A DNA stretch of 64,000 nucleotides from Synergistaceae bacterium (GTDB lineage: Bacteria > Synergistota > Synergistia > Synergistales > Synergistaceae): positions 24,814 through 88,813 of the forward strand of contig JAUNJZ010000001.1 in assembly GCA_030533085.1 (NCBI GenBank), given 5' to 3'. Numbering within the stretch: position 1 is the stretch's first letter; each line of letters begins with the position of its first letter. The notes below the pieces were generated by a model. It was not told the DNA's origin. It saw only the letters and a program-made list of their open reading frames with translations, and did not search any database. Below, piece by piece: positions 27,480 through 36,746 of the stretch. The position numbers and the translations under genes are program-made.

Positions 27480-29093
27480 TCAAAGGGCCATCGCCGAAAC
27501 AAATCTCTCTTGAAAATCCGGCAGAGATGACAGCTCGATATATCTCATCTTCTCCGCCGTCCTTTTCGTCCTCTCGTAGAAGTCGGCGGAGGCAAGGGCG
27601 AGAGAGGCGCCAAGTCCTGAAGAATTTTTGACGCTGCGTATCTTATTCCGGTCAATATCCGGTATCAGCCCTATAGCGGCGGCGCTCTCCATATTGATGT
27701 TGTTGCCGAAAGCTCCGGCAAGGCAGACTTCCGACAGTTCGTCCGCGCTTATCCCGGCCTCTTCAAGCATCACTCCGATGCCGACCTTGACCGCTCCGGC
27801 GGCCAGCTGTACTTCGCGGATATCTTTCTGCGTGAGGTAGACGGGATTGTCCCCGTCTGTCAGTAGAAGTTGGGTCATGCCTTTGTCGTTTCGCCCCAGC
27901 CTCTCCCTGAAACGCGGATCCGCGCAACTCTCCGGCTTTATAAATCTGCCGCCGGAGTTTATGAGCCCTTCGCGGAGCGCGAGAGCGACCGCGTCTATCA
28001 GCCCGGAACCGCAGAGGCCAATGGGCTTTGCTCCACCGATAGTGGAATATCTCAATTCGCCCTCTTCAATAAAGAGCCTGTCTATCGCGCCTGTACTGGC
28101 GCGCATCCCGTATTGTATCCTCGCCCCCTCGAAGGCCGGTCCCGCCGCCGTGGCGCAGCAGTAAAGCCCCTTCGCGCCGCCGATCACTATTTCATTGTTG
28201 GTGCCGATATCTACCAGCATTTTTATCCCCTCTGTCTCGTCGATTCCCAGCGCGGCCACTCCCGCTGCGATGTCCGCTCCGACGTAGCCCGCGACGTTGG
28301 GGAGCAGCTTTATAAGGCCATTTTTCGCTATGTTGATGCCTGCCTCCGACGCGCGGAAGGGCGGAAGGCTGAGAAACTGCGGCCTGTAGGGGCTGCGGCC
28401 GATGCTTTCAGGAGAGACGCCGGCGAAGATATGCTCCATCACTGTATTGCCGGCCACGGTTATCTCGCTTATCTTTTCCTTTTCTATACCCTCGCGCTCC
28501 GCAAGCAGCCCTATTTTCTCGTCCATCTCATCCGAGAGCGTTCGCCGTATTTTTTCAAGAGCCTCTGCGGCAGAGGAGGCGTATGCGATACGCGAGATGA
28601 CGTCGTCTCCGAAGACCACCTGCGGGTTGAGAAATGAGATTCGGCCGGCCTCGCGGCGGGAATCAAGGTCAAGGAGGTAGCAGACGACGGTGGTTGTGCC
28701 TATATCTACAGATACGCCGTAACCCTCCGCGCATGGCGCCCAGCCCGCTATTGATTCGGAAAATCCTTCGAGTATGCTGTGTCCGGCTGATTCCACTCCG
28801 TCTATGACTGTTACTTCACCGTCCCGTTCCACAGCGGCGCAGCAGGAGAGGCGGATCCCGTCGTTTCTATCCTGATTGCTGAGAATCTTTCGCTCTGTTT
28901 CATTCAGCGCAGAGAGCGGATCCTTCCCTCTTTCGGTTCGGACTCTGCATTTGCCGCAGACGCCCGCGCCGCCGCAATGGCGTCCGATGGCGACATTGAC
29001 GGAAGCCGCCGCGTCGGAGAGAAGCGTTCCCCTGGGCACGACGGCGGTTACCCCGACGGGGAGGAAAATGACGACGCACTTTTCGTTCTCCAT
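27480..29093 (-). CDS. corrinoid reductive activase (RACo/RamA-like): 2Fe-2S ferredoxin domain + ASKHA ATPase (DUF4445-type)
   Basis: N-terminal plant-type ferredoxin GRHCGGAGVCGKCRV...RLSCC, then actin-like ATPase motifs VSVDIGTTTV and LVDIGTNNEI. Probable start is Met19 (29093). Confidence 0.8.
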   Translation of the reverse strand: MENEKCVVIFLPVGVTAVVPRGTLLSDAAASVNVAIGRHCGGAGVCGKCRVRTERGKDPLSALNETERKILSNQDRNDGIRLSCCAAVERDGEVTVIDGVESAGHSILEGFSESIAGWAPCAEGYGVSVDIGTTTVVCYLLDLDSRREAGRISFLNPQVVFGDDVISRIAYASSAAEALEKIRRTLSDEMDEKIGLLAEREGIEKEKISEITVAGNTVMEHIFAGVSPESIGRSPYRPQFLSLPPFRASEAGINIAKNGLIKLLPNVAGYVGADIAAGVAALGIDETEGIKMLVDIGTNNEIVIGGAKGLYCCATAAGPAFEGARIQYGMRASTGAIDRLFIEEGELRYSTIGGAKPIGLCGSGLIDAVALALREGLINSGGRFIKPESCADPRFRERLGRNDKGMTQLLLTDGDNPVYLTQKDIREVQLAAGAVKVGIGVMLEEAGISADELSEVCLAGAFGNNINMESAAAIGLIPDIDRNKIRSVKNSSGLGASLALASADFYERTKRTAEKMRYIELSSLPDFQERFVSAMAL

Positions 29094-29309
29094 TATTGAC
29101 CGCTCCTTTATTTCACTCTGCCTAACAATCATATTTTCCCAGATCAACGCGCATCAGGCAAGAATTTTTCCCGCCGCTTGCGCGCGCAGTCCATAGCCGC
29201 ACATAATAGAATACCAGCCCGCCGCGAGCAGCTCACGGCAGGCTGGTCAGACAAAGAAGAATAGAGAGAGAGTGAATATCGGCTCCGGCTCCTGCCGCCC
29301 TGCCGAGGA

Positions 29310-30346
29310 GCCGCGTTATTTCCCCCGCTCGTTGTAGAATTCGTCTGCCGCTTCAAAGAAGGCCGTGATGTTCTCCCAGGGCGACATGGCGGGGATGTCG
29401 CAGCCGGAGGAGATGACGAAGTTCGGATACTGGCAGCATTCGCCCATGATTCTCTTTGTTTCGGCCTTCATCGTCTCCGGCGTACCGCTGTAGAAATAGT
29501 CGGAGGGGCTGACATTGCCCATCACCAGCTTGTCTTTCGGCATCAGTTCGAGCATCTCCCTCAGACTTATCGAGTTGCCGAAGTGGAAGGCGGCAGAGCC
29601 GGTGCGCGCTATCGATTCAGTCATCTTAATCGCGCTCCCGCCGCAGTTGTGATAGATCACTATGAAGTTATCGTCCTGCACAGCTTCCACTATCTCGCGC
29701 ACATAGCTCTCGGAGAATTTCACCGCCAGACGCGGAGAGAGAAGCCCGGTAAGCGGCTCCGCCATCACTATGCCGTTCGCGCCGACAGCCTTATAGGCCT
29801 TCGCGTACTCCACAAGGAAATCTGTTGACTTCCTGAGCACGGCCTTCATCATATCGGGCTTTTCTATGCAGTTTACAAGAGCCTCCGCTACGCCGACGAG
29901 ACGTCCGGCGAGCGAGAAGGGGCCTATTACTCCCGCGAATACAGGCCTGTCGGTGATCAGCTCGCAGGCTTTGCCGAGAGCTTCGATATATCTGCCTGTG
30001 CGCGCGGTTCCTACCGGGGGCACAGCCAGAGCCTCTGCCTCCTCGATACTGTTTACGACGGAGCCTACCACAGTGGGCACGTCCTCATCGGAGATATGTA
30101 CCGTAGAGCCGAAAGCCTCAGCTTCAACGGAGAGATCCATCATGCTTACCGATGCCAGGGAATCTATCTTGTCCGCGACCATCTTCATTCCCTTTGCCTG
30201 CAAGCCGCTGTCGCTTATCAGCTCGCGCACGGTTATCCCCATCAGAGTGACGCAGGGGAATGAGAGCACGGGCATCGCCTTTTTGCGCGGAGCGGCCTTG
30301 ATCTCTTCGAGCCAATTGTTCATGTTCATTGGTAACACCTTTCCTT
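29310..30346. repeat. copy A of a 1,037-bp direct repeat (partner at 40313..41349)
   Basis: Co-linear with copy B at a constant offset of 11,003 bp. I saw only about five substitutions. Both-strand ORF translations are identical over hundreds of residues. The repeat spans the stop flank, the CDS and the RBS only. Confidence 0.9.
29316..30329 (-). CDS. uroporphyrinogen-decarboxylase-family methylcobamide methyltransferase (MtaA/MtbA-like MT2), copy 1
   Basis: URO-D-like fold. The candidate Zn site is IVIYHNCGG (H-x-C-G) plus ISSGCDIP. Likely start is MNMNNW (30329), with a GGAAAGG RBS shared by copy 2. Confidence 0.75.
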   Translation of the reverse strand: MNMNNWLEEIKAAPRKKAMPVLSFPCVTLMGITVRELISDSGLQAKGMKMVADKIDSLASVSMMDLSVEAEAFGSTVHISDEDVPTVVGSVVNSIEEAEALAVPPVGTARTGRYIEALGKACELITDRPVFAGVIGPFSLAGRLVGVAEALVNCIEKPDMMKAVLRKSTDFLVEYAKAYKAVGANGIVMAEPLTGLLSPRLAVKFSESYVREIVEAVQDDNFIVIYHNCGGSAIKMTESIARTGSAAFHFGNSISLREMLELMPKDKLVMGNVSPSDYFYSGTPETMKAETKRIMGECCQYPNFVISSGCDIPAMSPWENITAFFEAADEFYNERGK

Positions 30347-30482
30347 TGTTTAAAATATCTTTCATTTGCCCCGTATCACTTTATTAACTGAGAAAAAGCC
30401 TTAAAGGATATAGGACTGATCCTTAATCTAGCTCTTATCTAATTAGACTAGCACTGTCAAATCGATACAGTTTCAGCCATTT

Positions 30483-32879
30483 CTATCCACAGCTGGCGCA
30501 GCTGCCTTCGCGCTGCACCGTGCGCGCGATTATGTCGTCCTGCACTTCCTTGCCAAGCTCTACGAAGAAGGCCGTGTAGCCCGCCACGCGCACGAGCAGG
30601 TTGCGGTATTCTTCCGGGTGCGCCTGCGCCTCAAGAAGCTTTTTCTGATCCACTACGTTGAATTGCACATGGTAGACGCCGAGCGAGCAGAGGGTGCGCA
30701 GCATCGCCATTATCTGGCGTATGCCGTTTTCGCTGTTTGCCATTTGCGGGTCGAGCTTCATGTTGAGCAATGTACCCTGTACGAAGCGGTCGTGCGGAAT
30801 GTTGGCGACTGATTTCAGCACTGCCGTGGGGCCGTTGACGTCTGTCCCGCCGTTTGGGCTGACTCCGTCGGCAAGGGGCTTGCCCGCGCGCCTTCCCGAG
30901 GGCAGAGCGCCGACTTCTACGCCGAAGGGGGTGTTGCCGGAGACCGGCAGGATGCCGGGGGTCATTACTCCGAATTTGCTGCGGTAGCTTTCTATTTCGT
31001 CGGCGATGTAGGCGAAGAGTTCCGCCGCGAGGCTGTCCGCGTATTGGTCGTCGTTGCCGTATTTGGGGGCTTCTTTGCAGGCTTTGAGGATTTCAGGCGC
31101 GTCCTCGAAGTCGGAGGCGAGGGCCGCGAGCAGCTGTTTCATGCTGACGCTTTTTGTGTCGTAGACGAGATGTTTGACTGCGGCTACGCTGTTGATGAGG
31201 TCTGATACGCCGATGCAGATGATCCCGTTGCCGGTGTTGTATTTAGCGCCGCCCCAGGCGTAGTCTTTCGCGTTTTCGATGCATTCCTCAAAGCTGACGG
31301 AGAGGGCGGGGACGGGGCGTCCCATGCATATTTCGTCTATTATGTGGCTGGCTTTGACGACTACTTTGATGACGTAGCGGAGCTGAGCTTTGACTGCGTT
31401 CAGGAAGTCGCCGAATGTCGCGAAGCTGGCGGGGTCGCCTGTCTGCGCTCCGGCAAGCGCGCCGGTTTTGCGGCATTTGCCGTTCAGCAGCACGAATTCC
31501 ATTACGCTGCCGAGGTTTATGTCTGCAAGGGCGGAGTAGGCGCGCAGTTTGCCGGCAAGGTTGGTCTCGACGCAGCCTCCGGGGTTCCAGTCAAGCGCTT
31601 CGCGCAGAGGGATGCCTTTGTTCATCAGCATACGTATGCCCACTTCGTCGTTATGGAAGGCGGGGAAGCCCGTGCCCATTACCATAAGCTCTACTATTTT
31701 GCGCAGGAAGGAGTTTGGATTTTTCGCCATGTTGTAGCGCACCGAGAGCGATGGCTGGTAGAGCTGTGTGTCCATTGTGGCCTGTATTATCATGTAGGAG
31801 AGGTCGTTTACCGCGTCGCGTCCCATTTTGTCCACGCCGCCGGCGCAGAGGTTCTGGAACATCGGGTAGCCGGAGGCATATTCTGCGGATTTGGCGTCCT
31901 GAAAGAGGCACTGTTCGGAGAATTTTACCCAGAGGCAGTCAAAGAGCTCCTGCGCCTCTTCGGGGGTGATGCGTCCGGCTTCCAGGTCGGCCTTGTAGTA
32001 GGGATAGAGATACTGGTCCATGCGTCCGGGGTTGTAGGCGGCGGCGTTTTGTTCCATGAAGATGCTTATCTGGTAGAAGTAGAAGGACTGCATGGCTTCG
32101 CGGAAGCTGCGCGCGGGATATGCCGGAACGCGGCGGCAGACTTGCGCTATCTCAAGCAGCTCCGCTTTGCGGCGCGGCTCTTGCTCCTTTGCGGCAAGAC
32201 GCTCCGCCTCGATGGCGTAACGTTCGGCCAGAGTCTCCAGCCCTTCGCAGACTGTCAGAAGCGCGTCGAGATAGACTTCCTTTTCGTAATCTCCGGGAAC
32301 TGTGGCGTCAAGCTTTGCCTTACGCTCAAGAATTCTCTTGCGCAGCCCCTCGACGCCGTTATTTATGAACCACTCGTAGCCGGCCGTGACCTCGCCCCAG
32401 CCGCGCACTGCCTTCTTGTCGATATAAAGCGCGCCGTTGTCGCGCAGAGCGGCCACATCCGCAGGTATACGCGCGAGCCATTCTTCGTAATTTGAGCGCC
32501 CCTTCCAGTAGGGACGGATCATCTCTTCAAAATCCTTTTTGTCCTCCGGCAGAAGCCTGAACTTGTCATATTCGCGGGTATTGATAGTATCAAGCTCGCG
32601 GTCGAGCACCGACCAGCAGACATCCGCGGAGAGTATACCGCCGCGTATCTTGCTGCCGGAATTTCCTACGATCAGCTCGTCGTCCCATATCTTAACGCTC
32701 TTTTCACGGCACTGCTTCAGAAAAGCCTTGGCCTTGCGCGTGACAAGCGCCTCCCCCTGAGTCTCAAGAAAGCTCTGCGTCAGCAGCTTCGCGTCCTCAA
32801 GGTCTATCTCCGGATATGTCTCAAAGAGCTTCGATTTCAACCTTTCCACTCGTTCCAGATATTTTGGCTGGTTTTCCAT
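30483..32879 (-). CDS. glycyl radical enzyme, PFL2/dehydratase-lyase clade, substrate unknown
   Basis: 798 aa from ATG 32879 (AAGGAGGGG RBS). The glycyl radical motif LLVRVAGYTAFFVELGKEVQDDIIART is near the C-terminus. The Cys loop is WNPGGCVETN. The N-terminal region is typical of CutC/HypD/GDH-type enzymes. Confidence 0.9.
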   Translation of the reverse strand: MENQPKYLERVERLKSKLFETYPEIDLEDAKLLTQSFLETQGEALVTRKAKAFLKQCREKSVKIWDDELIVGNSGSKIRGGILSADVCWSVLDRELDTINTREYDKFRLLPEDKKDFEEMIRPYWKGRSNYEEWLARIPADVAALRDNGALYIDKKAVRGWGEVTAGYEWFINNGVEGLRKRILERKAKLDATVPGDYEKEVYLDALLTVCEGLETLAERYAIEAERLAAKEQEPRRKAELLEIAQVCRRVPAYPARSFREAMQSFYFYQISIFMEQNAAAYNPGRMDQYLYPYYKADLEAGRITPEEAQELFDCLWVKFSEQCLFQDAKSAEYASGYPMFQNLCAGGVDKMGRDAVNDLSYMIIQATMDTQLYQPSLSVRYNMAKNPNSFLRKIVELMVMGTGFPAFHNDEVGIRMLMNKGIPLREALDWNPGGCVETNLAGKLRAYSALADINLGSVMEFVLLNGKCRKTGALAGAQTGDPASFATFGDFLNAVKAQLRYVIKVVVKASHIIDEICMGRPVPALSVSFEECIENAKDYAWGGAKYNTGNGIICIGVSDLINSVAAVKHLVYDTKSVSMKQLLAALASDFEDAPEILKACKEAPKYGNDDQYADSLAAELFAYIADEIESYRSKFGVMTPGILPVSGNTPFGVEVGALPSGRRAGKPLADGVSPNGGTDVNGPTAVLKSVANIPHDRFVQGTLLNMKLDPQMANSENGIRQIMAMLRTLCSLGVYHVQFNVVDQKKLLEAQAHPEEYRNLLVRVAGYTAFFVELGKEVQDDIIARTVQREGSCASCG

Positions 32880-32971
32880 TGTATGCCCCTCCTTTGTAAA
32901 CTGGTTTTGTACCAGAACACGGCGTTTTGCCGTAGAAATCATTTAATCGCAATATCACATAAGATATACAA

Positions 32972-34276
32972 TTACATATTACCTATGACATAGTTTGGAA
33001 GCCATAGCGCCAGCTCTGGAAAGTACGTAACGGCCATTAGCGTAGGGATCCAGGCAAAGAATAAAAATTTCAGTGTGGTCGGGAGCATCTCGGCTACTTT
33101 TACTTTCATCACTCCAGCGCCAAAATAAAGACATGGCGCAGTTGGCGGAGAAAGCAGGCCTATACCGATATTCACGCCGATAATCGCCGCAAAATGTATG
33201 GGGTCAACGCCAAATTCCTGCAAGATCGGGATAAATATCGGCGAGCATAGCAAAATAGCGCTGGTATCGTCCATAATCATACCTATTATCAATAATATTA
33301 TATTCGTTCCCAACAGTATGATATATTTGTTATCTGACAGGTTTTTGAGTGCGCTGGTAATCATTCCAGGCAGATCTTCCATTATGTATATGCGGCTCAA
33401 CATCATGATACAAAAAATCATCACCATGATTACGCCTGTACTTGCCGCTGTTTCTATTAACGTTTCATAGAGGTTTTTAAAAGTAAGCTTTTTATATACG
33501 AAAAAACCTACAGGTATCGTATAAATAACAGCGACAGCCGCAGCTTCGGTAGGTGTGAAAAAGCCGCTGTATATACCACCAAGGACAATGAACGGCATGG
33601 TCAGCGCTGGAACAGCAGACACTGTTCTGTTCTTCGCCATTTCCAGGAACTCAGAATAGCTCATCTTTTCCCTGCTTTTAATATTCTTGTCGTTTCTAAG
33701 AATAAAGTAGCTGGTAACAGAAAGCAGAAACACCAGCAAAAGGCCAGGTCCTACTGTGGCAAGGAAGCATGCCAACAACGACTGCCGTCCCGCCCATGAA
33801 TACAACACCATGTGCGCGCTGGGCGGTATCAATAGCCCAAGCGGAGCCGCACAAGTGACAAGAGCTGCGGCAAAGCCTTTGTCGTATCCGGCCTCCTCAA
33901 ATCTCGGTTTCATGATCGAACCGATACAAGACAAGGTTGCCAGACTGCTGCCGGCAATAGAACCAAACGCGGCGCTGGCAACCACCGCAACTACTGCAAG
34001 GCCGCATTTTATTCTACCCACAAAGATATCAACAAACTCGACAAGAGTTTTTCCAATACCGCTTTGGTTCATTAATGAACCTACCGCGATAAAGAGCGGT
34101 ACGCAAAGCAAGACGAGAGAATTTACAACTCCATAGCCATATGTCAGCAGAAAACTTGTCTTGTATCCCAAAGTAACAACCAGAAACAACGCCGCGGCCA
34201 AAAATGCGTACTGTATATACATCCCAAGCAACAGGCCGGCGATTATCATCAATATAGCAATAAATATGAATGTCAT
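32972..34276 (-). CDS. TRAP transporter large permease (DctM family)
   Basis: 434-aa polytopic membrane protein, directly downstream of the DctQ-like and DctP-like genes. Confidence 0.85.
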   Translation of the reverse strand: MTFIFIAILMIIAGLLLGMYIQYAFLAAALFLVVTLGYKTSFLLTYGYGVVNSLVLLCVPLFIAVGSLMNQSGIGKTLVEFVDIFVGRIKCGLAVVAVVASAAFGSIAGSSLATLSCIGSIMKPRFEEAGYDKGFAAALVTCAAPLGLLIPPSAHMVLYSWAGRQSLLACFLATVGPGLLLVFLLSVTSYFILRNDKNIKSREKMSYSEFLEMAKNRTVSAVPALTMPFIVLGGIYSGFFTPTEAAAVAVIYTIPVGFFVYKKLTFKNLYETLIETAASTGVIMVMIFCIMMLSRIYIMEDLPGMITSALKNLSDNKYIILLGTNIILLIIGMIMDDTSAILLCSPIFIPILQEFGVDPIHFAAIIGVNIGIGLLSPPTAPCLYFGAGVMKVKVAEMLPTTLKFLFFAWIPTLMAVTYFPELALWLPNYVIGNM

Positions 34277-34282
34277 CTGCCG

Positions 34283-34813
34283 TTATCCTTTCCTTGTCAG
34301 TGCAACCAGATGGTTGTAATCTCTAATCGTATAAACGGTTAGATAGAGGGCCGTTATTACGAAAGACAACAAAATCGCAGTCTGAGGAATGAAATATGGA
34401 ATATTCCACAATGATGTTACCGTCCATGTTTCTATTGACCTTGCCACCATATTATATGCCAGTACGACAAAAATAAAGTTTATGGAAGTTTGCAGTATCC
34501 CTGCTGCAAGCTTTGCCACAGCCAACAGCTTTTCCCCCATCATCGTCGCCAGGATATCCGCCTTAATATGTTCTTCCTTACTCATTGCATATGCCGCACC
34601 AATGAAATACATCCAGAAAGAATCAACAAGCACTATCTCGTCATATCCGTATAGATCCGCGTGAAGTACATATCTCGCCAGCACAACCGCTCCCAGTATG
34701 ACCAGCATCAAAACTGTAGTGAGGAACATGATGAATCTCTGTACCTTAAGTAAAGACTTCCAAATTTCAGAGTCCATGATGCTGTTTATAAATTGTATCT
34801 CTCTCACTTTCAA
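34283..34813 (-). CDS. TRAP transporter small permease (DctQ family)
   Basis: 176 aa with four hydrophobic segments. Lies between the DctP and DctM homologs. Start uncertain. Confidence 0.75.
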   Translation of the reverse strand: MKVREIQFINSIMDSEIWKSLLKVQRFIMFLTTVLMLVILGAVVLARYVLHADLYGYDEIVLVDSFWMYFIGAAYAMSKEEHIKADILATMMGEKLLAVAKLAAGILQTSINFIFVVLAYNMVARSIETWTVTSLWNIPYFIPQTAILLSFVITALYLTVYTIRDYNHLVALTRKG

Positions 34814-34893
34814 TTCACTCCCTTCGCTTTTTTACATAAGGGCATGCCATACAAGCATGCCCTTATGTATCAACGTAATTGTGCTTACAGTTT

Positions 34894-35922
34894 TTACTTT
34901 CCCGGTTTCGTAGCCGCGACCTGTTTGTCAAGAGCTTCAAGGAATTCTTTTCCAAACACGTCGTTGTATTTCGGCCATATCTTTTTACGAAGCTCACTAT
35001 GTAGTTTATAATAATCGTCGTCGGTATATTCGTTAATCTCTATGCCATAATCCTTAAGCAGCCTTGTAAACTCCACTTCTTTTTCTTCCATCAGGGTAAG
35101 AGTTTTCTGCGCCCAGCTTTTGAAAACATCGGAAACAATCTGCTGTTCCTCTGGAGAGAACGAGGCCCAAAGCTCCTCATTACAGATTATCCACGTAGGT
35201 GGGCAGTGAAATCTATTGTAGTCGATATATTTTATGATATCCTTGCCGACAAGCCATGACGTTTCAAGCGTTTGTCCGGTAGCGCCGTCCACCTGACCTG
35301 TCTGCATCGCGTTCCAAACCTCTGACAGATCCATTGTCAGCGTCTGATATCCCATCGCAACAGTGCTGTCTCTGTAGAGTGGCATTCCTGGAACACGGAG
35401 GCTCAGCTTTTTATTTTCAAAACCACTGAAGGATTCAGGGCGTTTTCCTTTCGCGAAAACAAAGCAAGCGTACGGTTCCGGCCAACCGCCGATACTTTTG
35501 ACCTTTATATCTTTTAAGACTTCGTCCATCTTTTTTGCAATCAGCGAGTCTTCTGCAAAACAGATCTCCGCATACTGTTTATACCCCATAGGAGCGTATG
35601 CCGGAAGATTGAGCAAGTCCAAACGAGGGTCATATTTCTTTGTGGGCCATGTCGCGCCGAACTCAATAGTACCCTGTCTGACTTCTTCAATCACATCTTC
35701 GTAACTTCCAAGCTGGCCGCCAGGAAAAATTTTTATCGAGATTTTGCCGTCTGTCTCATTTTTTATCTGCTCTGCGGCAGAAACCAATCCCTGTGTAATA
35801 TAACTTTCAGCAACGTACGGAGCATACATCTTCAACGTTCTAGCTTCAGCAACCCCGCTAGCAACAAACAGACCAAATAACGCACAAATAGATATTATTT
35901 TTACAAAACTTTGCTTTTTCAT
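34894..35922 (-). CDS. TRAP transporter substrate-binding protein (DctP family)
   Basis: 342 aa. Signal peptide MKKQSFVKIISICALFGLFVASGVAEA, with a DctP-like periplasmic-binding-protein body. Confidence 0.8.
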   Translation of the reverse strand: MKKQSFVKIISICALFGLFVASGVAEARTLKMYAPYVAESYITQGLVSAAEQIKNETDGKISIKIFPGGQLGSYEDVIEEVRQGTIEFGATWPTKKYDPRLDLLNLPAYAPMGYKQYAEICFAEDSLIAKKMDEVLKDIKVKSIGGWPEPYACFVFAKGKRPESFSGFENKKLSLRVPGMPLYRDSTVAMGYQTLTMDLSEVWNAMQTGQVDGATGQTLETSWLVGKDIIKYIDYNRFHCPPTWIICNEELWASFSPEEQQIVSDVFKSWAQKTLTLMEEKEVEFTRLLKDYGIEINEYTDDDYYKLHSELRKKIWPKYNDVFGKEFLEALDKQVAATKPGK

Positions 35923-36072
35923 AATACACTCCCCCTATTCAGAAATAACCAGCACACAAAAACCGACGAAATCATACTAATACGCACATACCACACAAAA
36001 AGGAGCAAATTAATTAAATTTAAGGGAAAACTGACTTTTTTGCTTCCGACAAGACCGCACACGTCGTGCCGG

Positions 36073-36714
36073 TTACGCAACCCTTAAAAGTCTTTTCGCA
36101 GCTTCAACTGCTGAGCTCGCGTCCTCCGAATAAACCGCGCCTATTTTTTCGGCATACATGGGCGAAGTAGGCGCTCCTCCAATCATTACCTTTGTTGAAT
36201 CACTGAGTCCTTCCTCTTTGAGTACGTCGATTACCTCCTTCATTTTTGCCATCGTTGTGGTAAGCATTGCCGACATCCCCAATATGTCAGGTGAATACTC
36301 TTTCACCTTTTCAGCAATCTGGGCAGCCTGAACATCAATGCCTATGTTAATAACCTCAAAACCCGCGCCTTCCAGCATCATCCCCACAAGCTTTATGCCG
36401 ATGTCATGCAGATCGCCCTCGACAGTTACCGTTAGGATTCTGCCTTTTCTCTCAACTCCTTCCTCTACCAGTAGATTGCGGATGACGTCGATGCCGCCCT
36501 GCAACGCTTTCGCAGACACTAGAACCTCCGGGACAAACATTTCCCCATCCTTGAAAAGCTCTCCAACTTCATTCATCCCAACGATCAAGCCGTCATTAAG
36601 AATTTTCCCCGCGGATACGCCTCCCTCCACAGCTTCCTGAACATATGCAGTTGTCTGTTTCACATTGCCCTCTAGAACCGCTTCAGCAATATTCCTAAGT
36701 ATTTCTTCACTCAT
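36073..36714 (-). CDS. corrinoid (cobalamin-binding) protein 1, MtbC/MttC/MtgC-like
   Basis: B12-binding DxHxxG motif in TVEGDLHDIGIKLVGMMLEGAGFEVINIG, plus SAMLTTTM and MIGGAP. Confidence 0.9.
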   Translation of the reverse strand: MSEEILRNIAEAVLEGNVKQTTAYVQEAVEGGVSAGKILNDGLIVGMNEVGELFKDGEMFVPEVLVSAKALQGGIDVIRNLLVEEGVERKGRILTVTVEGDLHDIGIKLVGMMLEGAGFEVINIGIDVQAAQIAEKVKEYSPDILGMSAMLTTTMAKMKEVIDVLKEEGLSDSTKVMIGGAPTSPMYAEKIGAVYSEDASSAVEAAKRLLRVA

Positions 36715-36746
36715 TTTCCAGTCTCTCCTTTTAATTTACTATATGG

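Noticed and set aside
29094-29315. Small ORF 29144..29356(-) between the RACo gene and MT2 copy 1
   Set aside because: It is Arg/Ser-rich, overlaps the MT2 3' end out of frame, and has no RBS. The region more likely holds a hairpin (GGCTCCT...AGGAGCC) and the RACo promoter or leader.
31344-32495. 383-aa ORF on the plus strand
   Set aside because: It lies antisense to the glycyl radical enzyme and is a shadow ORF. The same applies to 27870..28637(+), opposite the RACo gene.
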